Shown: positions 13,857-26,800, numbered from the stretch's first letter. The stretch is 64,000 nucleotides of DNA from Octopus sinensis (GCF_006345805.1 NC_042997.1:17856001-17920000); one strand, 5' to 3'. Numbers and translations are program-made. Notes: generated by a model from the sequence alone, not told the origin.

Positions 13857-14299
13857 ATTATATATATATATGTATGTATATGCATATTCAAATCTGTATA
13901 TGTATGTGTGTGCATGCATGCATGTGTGTGTGTGTGTGCATATTAATGTATGCATTTATGTCAAGTTATATATAAAAACAGTTTAATGTTAAACTGAAGA
14001 ATTAATCAATATTTGTTGTAAAATGCATATAATTCTAATTTTATTTCTTAAGAAAATAGACTATACAGAAATCTATCGCAAAATAAATATTTACAATTTT
14101 TATGCCTCTCTTGTCTTGGGTTACTTCATATCTTCAGAGAATTGAGACAAATACATCACAGATCCATCTCACACAAGAAATGAAATTGTGGAAACATTTT
14201 AGTAAATGTATATGAATCTTTTTTACAATTACCAAGTGCATTTTAAATACTTTTTTCTGTTGGGAAGAAAGTTCTGTTATAAGCTGGGGAAGAAACAAG

Positions 14300-15600
14300 T
14301 GTTTCTTTGGTCTTAATTGACATATTAAATCAAGATAATTTTTTAAGATAATATTGATAACAGAATCCCATCTAGCTGGTAAATTGTTGAGCCCTTGGGT
14401 GTAAAATTCTTCAGAGTTTAAGCAAAGAGACTATCTTTTTTTAACTCTGCCACAGTTAATAATCTGTTTTCTCTCTAAATAATATTGCAAAGTCTGAAGA
14501 TATGATAGTAAGATGGAACATTGTCAAGAAAGTAGGGAGGATGAGACAAAACTTCTGTATTTAGTGCTGTAATCTGATCCCGAGTGGCTTGGACAATATG
14601 TGATCTTGCAACATTGTGTAAGAGCAACATCACTTTATGATTGACCAGTGATGAGTACTTTTTTGTGTACTGCTTCCTATTGGTGATAATACATCTCCAC
14701 ATTAACTATTTTTCATGGTTTAACAATTTATGATAGACAGCACCCTTTATATCTCACCAAAGAAAGCGCATAACATTTTATGAATGCAGTCCTGGTTTAG
14801 AGATGGTTTCTCTGTTTACATTAAGTGCGAGGCATTGTTGCCTTTGTCAGATATGATTATAGAGAAACCACTTTTAATTGCTTGTGATGATTCTATTCAG
14901 GAAAGGTTTGGTAGCAAGTCTACTCTTCAATGAAAGGCAGAGGGCAACTCTTAGATTAAGCCAAGAAGCAATAAGATTATAAGGAACCACTGACCAAGTT
15001 TAACCCTTTCGTTACTGTATTTATTTTGAGATGCTCTGTGTTTCTTTGAATTACTTTAAATATAACAGAATTTAGTAAAATAAATTTATCTGTTATTTTG
15101 CTTGTGTTAGGAACATAAATTGTGACTAATGTTTGGTGGAAGATTTTAATTCAAAACTTATGAAAACAAGACATTTGGACTACAGAGCCAGAGCCGGTTT
15201 CAGCTGATTTGATATCAAAAGAGTTAAACACTTTTCCTAGTTCATGAAAGTGTTTTATGATTGAAAGAGGACTTGATACTTGAACATATTTGAATTAAAC
15301 CATTTTGCAAATTCCCATGCAATTTGCTTCCGATTTTCCTTAACGGTTTTCAGAAACTCAATCCAGATCTATGGGAATCTGCAAGAAGAATTTCCCATGT
15401 GAAACTGGCAAAAGTATTGTTGAAATGTCCACAGACTTCAAACTTCATTTCCATAAACAAGAGAACAAATATTTCTAGCTACTTCCATAAGAAGCTTTTA
15501 AGCCTCTTATGAATTCATACATCATGCAGTGTCTGATATGGGTCAGATCTAAACTCATTTTAGAAAATTTCGCCACTATGGTATGAAGAAATCTGGAAAG
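14300..15600 (-). mobile_element. Decayed mariner transposon
   Basis: Minus strand ARNICSLVYGNEV (HTH), LGQW (cf. LGKWVPH), KMLC, LLHNVARSH..HPPYFLDNVPSYYHIFR (cf. HDNARPH..HPPYSPDLAPSDYHLF). Confidence 0.7.
15000..15227. mobile_element. piggyBac-like MITE inserted into the mariner relic
   Basis: TTAA-CCCTTT at the left end and AAAGAG-TTAA at the right end; it interrupts the mariner coding relic. Confidence 0.65.
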
Positions 15601-15838
15601 ATACGAAAAGTATTAGAATGTAAAAATTAATACTTATTTTGTTATAAGTATTGAAAAAGTACTCTGAAAGCAATCATGTCAAAAATGAGATAGAACTTTC
15701 TTACCAAATATATATTTATATATACACACACATATATTTCCAACCCATGCTAGTATGGAACACAGATGTGAAATGATGATGATGTTGATGGTGTTCACAC
15801 ATAGACAAACACACACACATATATACATATATTACATA

Positions 15839-15842
<4 letters not shown>

Positions 15843-15914
<72 letters not shown>

Positions 15915-15976
15915 CATCAATACAGTGAGATTGATATATATATATATATATATCAATCTCACTGTATTGATGTCTG
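15843..15976. repeat. (TA)n tract followed by a 66-bp perfect palindrome
   Basis: cagacatcaatacagtgagattga-(TA)9-tcaatctcactgtattgatgtctg at 15911-15976. Confidence 0.95.
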
Positions 15977-17010
15977 TCATTGGAAATTGCTTGTACATTC
16001 CAATTTCCATTTCATAAGAAAATAAACTATATTGAAATCCATTCTGACATAAACATTTGCAAACCTTGTCCTTGGTCACTAACATAGAGTTACTTGGTCA
16101 CTAACATCAGTAACATAGAGTTGGTGCAAATCTATTTAAATCTTCTTAATTGATAAAATCCGACTCACTTCAGATCCTATCAATAATTTCTCATTAATGG
16201 TCACAATCAAAACTAGCAATTTGACATGATGACCATCTCAGAAAATGTGCGTATAGTTACATGCCCTCTCTCCCAAATATGCACACATATTTACACTCAC
16301 TGTTACTATATATAAAATGTGACATGATAGACAACAAAATATGTGCACAACATTTCCTAGATGTAGCATTGAAAGATGATTTCTACTTTTAATTTAACTA
16401 ACTTTGGAGTCAACAACTCAACTGGTTTTCTCTTCACTCTTAAACACTGGAGATATTCAATGATTTAGGGAAAGAAAAAAAAGATCTTGTTTTAAGAATG
16501 TTTTGCAAAAAATCAAAAATTACCATAAATAAATAAATGTAATAAATTTATTCTATTATTTTGGTTAGGGAAAATTCAATTTATTTTTATATAAAATGAC
16601 TGCAAAATTTTCTCTTGTAAAAATGAAATTTCCTATATCTTTCTATTTTATTTCATTTTTGAAATTATCTTAAAGCTTAAGATATTTTATTTTTCTTATT
16701 TTGCTATCTTTGAAAAGTTTTCTTTGTGTTTAGAGGGTGATTAATTTCTTTTTTTAATATATCATTCTTCCCCAAACTTATAAGAAGGAATTGTTCACAT
16801 CTAGCTGGAGACTTGGAATTGATTTTACAAAAAAAAAAAAGCTAATAAATATATTATAAGAATTGAATTGCAATGAAATGTAAAGAAAATCCTAGTTATT
16901 TTTTTATAGTCAATATTAGGAATATTAACAATTTTTTATGTACAAATATATATATTTTTGATATTGTTGCATGATTATTCTAAATAATTCTTGCTAAACT
17001 TTTCAAACAG

Positions 17011-17081
17011 AAGTAGATATTTTTATCAAAGGGAAACAGTAGAATCCAAAGAAACTAGTGATGGTCTGCCTTTGGCAAACA
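17011..17081 (+). CDS. Candidate internal exon of an unidentified host gene (SRYFYQRETVESKETSDGLPLAN)
   Basis: Acceptor ttgctaaacttttcaaacag and donor A|GTAAGT; only one open frame (phase 2 in, phase 1 out); T-rich upstream intron-like sequence. No homology recognised. Confidence 0.25.
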
Positions 17082-17757
17082 GTAAGTACAAAAAGTCCGC
17101 AAAATGGAATAAATTAATTTGATATCAGAAAGAGAAGTCAAACATCTCAGACAGAGATGAAATGTTTACTCAGAGTACTGAATAAATATATAAGTAGATG
17201 TTCTTATGGATATCTTAACATCCTGGGTGAGACTGGTTTCTTACTAGTCATGAATAGATATATTGTTTCTTCTGTGAAATTGTTTCTGAATTATCTCATC
17301 TGGAGCCAGTATTTCCTTTCTCTCTCCCATTTAGCTTTCTCTTTTATTTAGTTTTCTTGAATTATTCTTACGCTTTCATTCCATATAAATTATTAAGTAA
17401 ACTGATGAATAAAATAACAGACTGTGACTGACCTTAGCCAAAAAGAGAAATTGCGACAGGAATGATAAGGTACTTAAGGACTTATGATATTTAATTATGC
17501 AAGACACAGGTTCACAAAAGATGCAATTGATTTCTGGTAGATTTACAGATGAACAATACAAGGGTGGGCTGTAAAGATAATTGGCTTACTATGAAGGAGT
17601 GATGCTAGAGCTGTGAAAAATCTTGCATGCATTAATTTCAACACTTCTCATTAATAACTGCATTCTTTGTTTCCATGTGAACTGACATCTCACTGTTCAA
17701 AGAAGACTTCAAAACTAGTAGTGAATTCACTTGAAAATAGAAAACATTTGGCATTTT

Positions 17758-18190
17758 AGAAAATTACTATTTGTAAATCTCACAATGAGAGATATTCAGC
17801 AACAGTACTTTGGAGTAAAGATTATTTACCAATGTAACATGGCAGTCCTGGTTTAGGACGAATGTTGTGAGATTTACAAATAGTAATTTTCTAATTTATA
17901 GATCAATGACTAGTTGCCACTTTGAAAACTATATATTTCGAATGGGAATTTGGTAGTTCCACCTCTAGCTGAACAGTTATTCTGTGCTGATGAAGGGAAA
18001 CAACCCAGAAATCGCGATACACAGATATTGTTTTGAGCTGAGTGGGGGTGCTAGATTCCCTTGTTTGAAAATATAAAGACATAGATTGTGTCGTATAGCC
18101 AGCTGGAGATGATGTCTCCTGGGGCTAAATTACAGCAACATTCATCCTAAATCAGGACTGCCATGTTATGTTGGCAAATAATCTTTACTC
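17758..18190 (+). mobile_element. 433-bp hammerhead-bearing retro-insertion (PLE/retrozyme-like) with 13-bp TSD
   Basis: TSD catttggcatttt at 17745-17757 and 18191-18203. Internal inverted repeats 17758-17785/17866-17893 and 17814-17868/18136-18190. Confidence 0.8.
17981..18025 (+). ncRNA. Minimal type-I hammerhead ribozyme motif, family A
   Basis: TCTGTG CTGATGA AGGG AAACAA CCCA GAA ATCGCGAT A|CACAGA: 6-bp helix I, intact core, palindromic helix III; predicted cleavage after 18019. Confidence 0.8.
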
Positions 18191-18605
18191 CATTTGGCAT
18201 TTTCTTGTTATCAAGTACCTGCAGAAAAAGGGTTTAGCCCCCAACAACATTCATGCTGCTATGGTTGTTACATTAAGGGATGATGCTCCACCTTTAGCAA
18301 CAGTACAAAAGTGGGCAGCTAAATTTAGGAATGGAAGGGAGAGTCTTGAAGATGACCCAAGGTCTGGATATCCTGCAACTGCCACCACCAAGAAAAAATT
18401 GATCATGTTCACCATATAGTAATAGATGACAGGTGGTTGACTATAATCAAATTGCCAAAGATATTAGCATATCCTGTGAGAGAGCTGAAGATAATCTGCA
18501 TAATGAACTTGGCATGATGAAGGTTTCTGCTCAGTGGCTGCCATGTCTTCCAATACTTGATTAAAAGTGCAACAGGCTGATCACATCATAGGAAAATCTG
18601 ACATT

Positions 18606-18822
18606 CTTTTCTACTCAAGGCACAAGGCCCGAAATTTTGAGGGAGGGGTGCCAGTTGGTCAGATCGACCCCAAGAGGCAACTGGTACTTAGTTTATCGAC
18701 CCTGAAATGATGAAAGGCAAAGTCGACTTCAGGGGAATTCGAACTCAAAATGTAAAGACAAATGAAATGCCACTAAGCATTTCACCCAGTGTGCTAATGT
18801 TTCTACCAACTCACCACCTTAC
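18606..18822 (-). mobile_element. Meta-core SINE nested in the mariner, 16-bp TSD
   Basis: TSD aggaaaatctgacatt at 18590-18605 and 18823-18838. Confidence 0.88.
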
Positions 18823-19499
18823 AGGAAAATCTGACATTGTTTCTGGTAACTCCAGCTGGTTTCTTTGAACATTTCCTAACTCAAGATGAGTGTTGGGTTC
18901 ACCATTTGAACAAGAGATAAAAAAGACAATGCTCCAAAGAAGGCCAAGGTCATTTCATCTGTAAGGAAGGTGATGGCCTCAATTTTTGGGGATGAAAAAG
19001 GCATTGTGTTTATTAACTATCTTCAAAAGGGCTCCACCATCAACAGAGAGTATTATGCCAACTTGCTAAGGTAGTTACGAAAGCCTATCAAAACCAAATG
19101 CCCAAGAAAACTGACAAAAGGAGCCTTGTTTCTTTAGGACACTGCCCCAGCACACAAGTCCTTGGTTTCAATGGTTGCTGTGCATGAATGTGGCTTTGAA
19201 CTGGTTGATCAACTTCTCTATCCTCTTGATTTGGACCCATCTCACCCTCATCTGTTCTCCTATATGAGGAAACACTTGACTGGGAATCAGTATCACAGTA
19301 ATGATATCATATCTGATGGTGATGACTTTTTTGACCAGCAAGATGAAATCTTCTTCACCAACTGGATCTAAGCATTGAAATACCGATGGGAGAAGTGTGT
19401 GGACCTGAAGGATGACTATGTTGAAAAATGTACCTCATTTGGTCACATTTCATGAGTGTATCTTGGTCAGCCTATGAACTTTTCAGCCAACCTGTGTGA

Positions 19500-20220
19500 A
19501 TGGACAGAAGTAGTTAGCAATAAAAACACACATAATAGAAGGCTCATGAACTGTTAAAACAGTACAATAGGAATAACTAATAGTTTCTGTTACCTAGGTG
19601 ATCTAATTAGAAGTATTGGTGAGTGTAATAAAAGTATAGTAGCTAAAACAAGAATAGAGTGAAAGTAGCTTAAATAATTGCTGCTTTTGATTGTAACATA
19701 GGCTCTCTTTATGCTAAAATCAGTTTGTATGACTATTGTTTAAAAAGTTTACTACTGCATGAAAATGAGACATGGTCATTGAATCTAGGAGAGTTGTTTA
19801 AACTGGAAAGAAATATGGTGAGCACGATAGAATGGATGTGTAAAATTAACTTGCCACTTGTTAATTTTCATAAAAGGTTGAAAACAAATGGGCTAAGGAA
19901 TCTTCCAAAGAGTACAGGATAGACAAGTATTACCATGTTATACAAATGAACAATATTTGCTTGTAGAAAACTCTTGCGCACTGAGTGTGAAGAGATGAAA
20001 AAAATAATTAAGGCAAGCAATTTGGATACTGGGCCTCAGAAAGACTATAGTTGTTGCCAATATGTTATATGGTATACTTGTACTACCCATTTCCGCAAGG
20101 ACAGAAACAGGTGTCTTCCTATAGAAGAGATACATCACTTCCCCAGTTGGAAAAATGGAAAGGTAAGAGAGAGAAGATGGTGAAGAAGATGTGTTGGGGC
20201 ATACCCTCAAGTTAAAGATG
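19500..20220 (+). mobile_element. Old RTE-family-2 LINE 3' relic
   Basis: CYLGDLI, LLLHENETW, LERNM..WMCKI; decayed. Confidence 0.55.
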
Positions 20221-20524
20221 GGGTTCAGAAGACTGTATAGGGTGTGTGGGCAAGTAGGTTCATGAGATGCAAAAGAAAAATAGGAAATGGAGGGGAATGC
20301 AGTGAGTAAACATAGGTGGAAGAGAAGGTGTTAGAAAGAGATTTATCAGTGACAGACTGTGAGCATTTAAGTTCACATGAGTGCAAAAGAAAAGTGGAAA
20401 GCAGTAAATGGTGAACATAGGTGAAGAAAGAGGAGGTGTGTTAGAAAGATGAGTTGTAGGGGGCGGATTGTGTGCAGAGGCATAGGCATAAACCTTTAGG
20501 GTCTCAATTTTATTTAGATGAAAA

Positions 20525-21005
20525 GATTTTCTCAAGCACAGCAAATTGTCAATTGTCCCAGTCCTTTGTCATCTTTGTTGGGTTCAACATCTGGGTTCAA
20601 CATCTGGAGATCACTTTCCACCACTTCATACCAGGTCCTCCTGGGTCTTCCTCTTCCACAGGTTCCATCCACATTTAGCAATCAGCACTTCTTTATGTAA
20701 CTGTCCTCATCCATATGCATTACATGACTATACCAGCACAGTCTTCTCTCCTGCACACCACATCTGTTGCCTCCAACACCCAATTTCCCCCTTGGCACAT
20801 TCACACTTTGATGACATGTACACTGACTTTGCACATCCAATGAAGCATGCTAGTATCATCTCTCACACATCTTCAAACATCCTCCACATCCACAGCCCAT
20901 GCCTTACTACTGTGCAGCATAACAATTCATATACAAGCATTATACAATATGCCTTTCTCTCTGAGGGAGAAGCTTTTGTAGCCAACAAAGGTAATAGTAC
21001 CCTGA
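20525..21005 (-). mobile_element. RTE-family-2 LINE 3' fragment
   Basis: Minus strand VQERRLCWYSHVMHMDEDSYIKKC..VDGTCGRGRPRRTW. Confidence 0.8.
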
Positions 21006-21057
21006 CAAATCTTCTCAAGCACAGTATATTGTCAAAGATTGCAATTAGACTGCCTGC

Positions 21058-21060
21058 CTG

Positions 21061-21137
<77 letters not shown>

Positions 21138-21202
21138 GTATCTATCTATCTATCTGTCTATCTGTCTATCTATCTATCTATCTATCTACCTATCTATCTA
21201 TA
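21058..21202. repeat. (CTAT)n microsatellite
   Basis: Direct inspection. Confidence 0.95.
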
Positions 21203-21204
21203 TA

Positions 21205-21870
21205 CACACGCATCCTTGTGGCTATGGTGAAAGAATGTATCTGGTGGACGCGTCTGAAAGGATTGGAGATAAACACTTTCCTCTCTGGTCAATCTCTCAT
21301 CAACTTCAAGTACCACTTGAAAAGGAAAGTAAGAGTAGAGAGGCAAGTTTTGTCTAGTGAATGTTTTAAAAAAAGATGGGTGAATGTAGCAAGGATGGCA
21401 CGTATGAATGACGAAGCCACCTTGAGCATAATCCTATGAACCCAGAAATTGAAAACAGAGGGTTACCCACTTGCAAACAAATGTGGTAACATATAACAAT
21501 ATTGACCAAGGTTACCTGTGGTCTTTTTCGTAGACTTTTCTTCCCATGGATAAAACTTACTTGCTTTCCCCTTTACACCATACATCATAACACTGTGATA
21601 CACAATCCCTATTGATCGTTTTTTTTCCTCTTACCCTTTTTTTCCCTTTTTTCTCCTTTTTTTCATTTCTCTTTTCTTTTGTTCCTTTTCCTTTTTTTAA
21701 TTTTATTTTTTGTTCTTTTTTCCCCTTTTACGATCCCTTTTGATCGAAAACCTACGCCACCTTTTTTTTTTTATGTTTTGTTTTTTTCATCCCCCAAAAG
21801 AAAAGCTCTACCTTGTAACTTGTCCCATCTGTGTGCAGCCCTGTGTGGCCAATAAAGAAACTTATATACA
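21205..21870 (+). mobile_element. L1/Tx1-like LINE 3' end
   Basis: [28 protein letters not shown] (cf. Tx1 ORF2 end), followed by a T-rich 3' UTR ending ccctgtgtggccaataaagaaac. Confidence 0.65.
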
Positions 21871-22449
21871 CACACTGTATTTATATTGTGTCTAGGTGTG
21901 TGTGTGTGCATGTGCAAATGCATGAGTATATTTATTTTGATACATATAAAACTTGTCATCTTTTAAGATCTTTTTGCTTAAGGCCAATTCTTCTCAAATT
22001 TTACTTAGGGTGCACTTTAGCACAAGCAAACATATTTTGATGCGCTTTAGTGATAAAGTTAAATAAGTATTTAAGATGTATACATATGTAAACACACACA
22101 CACTTGCACACATACACACACATGCACACACTTGCACACACTTGCACACATACACACACATGCACACACTTGCACACACACAAATGCTTACATATAGATA
22201 TACATTTATATGGACAAATATATACATATAAATTCATATACAATATTGTCTGTTTTATGTATGTGTTTTACATATGTACGTATGTGTAATGAGAAATATT
22301 AGAACTGATATTTAAACCAAATGATGGATTGTACCATATAATTGTTAATGTTCTGGTGATATTAGTATTAAAGATTGAGAAACTCTTTCTGGGGGTATAA
22401 TACTTTTTATTTTCTGTCAAAGTACTTCTAATCAATGCCTCATTAAAAT

Positions 22450-22870
22450 ACAAGGCCAGAAATTTAGAGATTTAACACAAGACCAGAAATTATGAGGGAA
22501 AAGAACACTTGGTTATATTGGTTTCATATTTTGGCACAAGGCCAGTAATTTCAGGGGAGTGAGTAAGTTGACTACAATGACCCCAGTGCTCAACTGGTAC
22601 TTCTTTTATCAACTCCGAAAGGATGAAAGGCAAAGTTGACATCAGCAGAATTTGAACTCAAGGGAATTTGAACGTAAAGATGGACAAAATACTAATAAGC
22701 ATTTTGCCCATTATGCTAACGATTCTGTGAGTTCACTGTGTTAAGAACAGTTGATGATATTGACCAAGTACTTGGTTGCCATTGACTCTGAAAGGATAAA
22801 AGGCAAACTTGGCTCAATAGGAACTGAACTCATGATGTAAAAGGCTGAATGAGATATCATAAGGCATTTT
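22450..22870 (-). mobile_element. Two or three stacked Meta-core SINE copies
   Basis: Repeated ggcacaaggccag...ctggtactt...ggatgaaaggcaaagttgac...tttgaactca. Confidence 0.75.
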
Positions 22871-24359
22871 TTGACACTCTAATAGAATGAAAATATTGAA
22901 AAAAGAAAACAGTAATTTTGGGGATGTATAAAATAATAAGATAGAAATACAAATAGAGATAAGGTGATAGTAGTGGCTGTAGTTATTGTTGCTATGGAAG
23001 AGATGATGCCTGAAAAAGCTTTTGAAAAATGTATTGATAATGAAAAGCGAAAGATAAAAATAATTCTACAGTGTTGAAGCCAAGAGAGAATGGGTAGTTG
23101 GGAGGGTGGATGAGATAAATAGCAAGGTAAGCGTGAATGGTTAAAAGGTTAAAAGATGAAAGAATTAAAAAGATAATATGTTAAGGAAGGTAGTGTGTTC
23201 CAGTAGACAGACTATGATAGTCTACGTCACATATATGTCTACGTACATATATGTGTTTATACGCTTGTATGTGTGTATATATATATATACATACATATAT
23301 ATATGTAAAGCTATATATATATATATATGTATGTATGTATGTATGTATATATATATATATATATTATGCACACACACAAATTCATGATGAAGAACTTTTG
23401 TTTTAGACATGTGCTGAAAACTTAACTTATCCATTTTATAATTTTTTTTGTGTTTGTTTTGATATCTTTATTTTTTGAATTCCTTGCAGTTTGTTGAAAC
23501 AGTAAAGTTCCTAAATTAATCATCAGTGCTGAACTAAACTCCTCACTGGAAAAAAGAAATGTTTCATGTGTAAAAGACTTATATAGAACACAATGAAAAA
23601 GATGAAAAATACCATCATGTTCATAATACTGATATATTAAATATCTCGTTTTTAAATCTATTTAGCACACTAAAATATGACCTTCATTTTACATATGAAA
23701 AAGCTTATAGTCAGGTATTAATGCAATCAAGTCCACATGTATATTTACATAACTGGAACTTAGAGATGACAGTCATCATAAAGAGTTAGCTGCTAATTGG
23801 TGGTCAGACTGAGTATAGTTCAAAATATGTAGAACACAAATAGGAATCAGAAAATTATAGAAAGAGGTAGGAAATTCTTATTCAATCACAATCAGTCTAC
23901 ACCATAAAATCTTTATGTAATACAAATTATCAGACTTAACACTACAGCAATGACAAAAATCAACATTGACATAAAACTTCTTATGAGAACAAGAAATATT
24001 CTGCACATGAAAAAGTAACAAAGAATTGGATTACATACACTCATGCACCACCTGTACATGCAAACACACACACATGCACCCCCACCTAACAGACATATAA
24101 AGAGGAAAGTTTAACACTAACATTGAAGTTAAACTGCTCATTGGCTTTGTTGGACTGTACATTTCTCCATGTGGTTAAGTAGCAATAATAATAGTTATAA
24201 GAAAAGTAGGTGATACTCCACTGAAATGCAGTAAGTGGTATGTCAATTAATATTTGACTATTTTCATGTGTAACAATACATAAAAACAAAGACACACACA
24301 TATACATGCACATGTATGCACATAATATACATGCATATGCATATATATACATGTATATG

Positions 24360-25440
24360 TATGTATACACATATATCATCATTATCATCGTCATCCTCCT
24401 CCTCCTCCTCATCATCATCATCATAATCATCACAATCATCATCATCATTATCATCATCATTCAACATCTGCTTTCCATGCTACCATTGGTTAGATAGTTT
24501 GACTGGAACTGGTAAGCCAGAGAGCCGCACCAGGTTCCAGTCTGATTTGGCATGGTTTCTATGGCTTGATGCCCTTCCTAGCACTAACCACTCCAAGAGT
24601 GTAATGGGTGCTTTTTATGTACCACTAGCATGGGTACCATTTACATGACACTGGCAAAGGCCACAACTATGATTTCACAGGTGCCATTTACACAACACTG
24701 GCAATGGCCACGGCTATGGCTCCACATAGCTTGATGAGTCTTCTCAAGCACAGCATACCACCAAAGGTCTTGGTCACTTGTCATCAACTCTGTGAGGCCC
24801 AGCATTTGAAGACCATGCTTCACCACATATTGCCTCACCTATATGAGGTATGACCTTCGAAGATCATGCTACCAGCAATGATCACAATTATGAGGCTATA
24901 ATTTCACTCGACTAGATGAATCTTTTTAAGTGCAGCATATCGCCAAAGGTCCAGGTCACTAGTCATCATCTCCATAAGGCCCAATATTCAAAGATCATGG
25001 TTCACCACCTTGCTCCATGTCTTCCTGGGTCTGCCTTTTGCATAGGTTCCCTTTACGATTAGACATCGGCACTTCTTTATGCAGCTGTCCTTGTTCATCT
25101 GGATCACATGACCATACCAGCACATTCGTCTCTCTTGCACACCACATCTGATGCCTCTTATGCCCAGTTTTTCACTCAAGACACTTAATTTCTGTTGCAC
25201 TGGATGTGACATTGCACATCCAGTGAAGCATACTAGCTTCATTTCTTTCAAGTTTTCACATGTCTTCTGCAGTCACAGCCCATGTTTCACTGCTGTAGAA
25301 CATGACTGTTTGTACACAAGCAACATAGTCTGCATTTCATCCTGAGGGAAATGCACTTTGTTACCAACAGAGGTAAAAGCTCTCTGAACTTTGCTCATAC
25401 ATACAAAAGAAGCATTGACACTTCTTGAGCCATAAGCTCA
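24360..25440 (-). mobile_element. RTE-family-2 LINE 3' end with (GAT)n tail and an internal ~180-bp tandem duplication
   Basis: LGIRGIRCGVQERRMCWYGHV..GRPRKTWSKVVNHDL; the ORF end appears twice (24733-24826 and 24914-25006). Confidence 0.85.
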
Positions 25441-25593
25441 TTGGTGGGTTTTTATAGATTCTGTGGTATACATATTTCATCCAGGATGTGATGCCAGTCA
25501 GTTGTAGGATTACTCATTTTTGCCAACAGAATGAACTGGACCAACATGAAATGAATTGCTTTGCTCAAGAGCACAATACACTTAGCCAAATAC

Positions 25594-25643
<50 letters not shown>

Positions 25644-25689
25644 GTATATATAATATTAGGGAATATTATTCCAAACTTACAGGGAAAAA

Positions 25690-26800
25690 TTCAATTTTGT
25701 AATACTAAATCAAATTTCACAATATATAACATATGTATATTAATTAGAGAACAACCACCATGTAGCAATTCAATAATGATATTACAATGATATAATTAAA
25801 TTATACCATATAGGAAAAAATTTTAAATACGATAAAGTATATACCAATAATTAAGTAAAGTACAAAATAATAAATAAATATTATATAATTGGTAAAAAGA
25901 CTACACGTGTTTCGTGGCTATATTTTCATAGTCACTCTTCAGTTCTAAGATAAAAACAATAAAATAATTAAATAAAGAAATATACATATATTATCTTGTA
26001 AGAAAATATAAATATATATAAAAATACGTAATTTTACAATAAAAATCGAACAAAATACAATAATATATCTTAAGCTAAAACACGAAATATCTTAACAAAT
26101 ATTTTCTGTTAACTAAATCTTAAAACTTAATACATAGGACTTATTATTTATAAAATTTATCTAATTAAAAACGTGGTATAAATAAAACTAGAATAAATTG
26201 ATATAGATATTTATTTTATGTATGAAAATAAATTTTAACTTATATAAGAAAAAAATAACAAACTATAATATATCATTACTAGAAAATTCAAATACAAGTA
26301 ATTAAAACAAAATATTTAAAACAATATATATATATATATATATATTAACTTATATACATAATACTACTACAGACTATGACTACAAGAATTAAAAATAGAA
26401 AAATGGTTCAAATAATAATTTAGTAACAATTTAAAACAATTCACAAATTAAAACTGTTACAAAGATAAACAAGAAAAAGAAAGGAAGGAAAAAGGTAAGG
26501 GAGATAAGACAGTGAGTAGTATTTAAGGGCCACTTAACAGTATAACATGAGAGGGGAATATAGAGACCAATAATTAAGTGGTTAAGGGGAGAGAACAGGT
26601 CACAGTAGGCCAACAGTTCAATGAAGACTAGGCAAGAAAAAATGGTTGACCCTCACATATAGCGAATAGTAGTAAAAATTAAGTAAATACCGGTATGTAA
26701 TAAGAATATATTAAATAGATGATCTACAGGACAAAAACAACTGCACCCTCCCATTAATAACTTGTAGTAATCCCTGGTCCTTTAATTGCTCATTCCCTCA
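25690..26800 (-). mobile_element. Penelope-like element pseudo-LTR (pLTR) fragment, AT-rich
   Basis: Contains hammerhead family B; non-coding and AT-rich. The PLE assignment is inferred from the hammerhead. Confidence 0.45.
25898..25946 (-). ncRNA. Minimal type-I hammerhead ribozyme motif, family B
   Basis: AGAA CTGAAGA GTGACTAT GAAAAT ATAGCCAC GAA ACACGTGT A|GTCT: intact core, 8-bp helix II with one mismatch, palindromic helix III, helix I with one mismatch. Confidence 0.78.

Larger units (their letters stand above)
17559..19495 (+). mobile_element. Mariner (irritans/Hsmar2-like) transposon relic with two nested insertions
   Basis: TIRs caagggtgggctgtaaag / cttttcagccaacctg. IWH..VIKYLQKKGL..WAAKFRNGRESLEDDPRSG, LLYPLDLDPS (cf. 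PPYSPDLAPS), RWEKCVDLKDDYVEK. Confidence 0.88.

Noticed and set aside
17011-17040. YFYQRET resembles Kv1 NYFYHRET
   Set aside because: There is no S6 or pore sequence upstream, an in-frame stop lies ~30 nt upstream, and the match is only 7 residues.
20546-21439. Longest ORF (297 aa)
   Set aside because: It is a chimera of an antisense RTE fragment, the (CTAT)n repeat and a Tx1-like ORF2 end.
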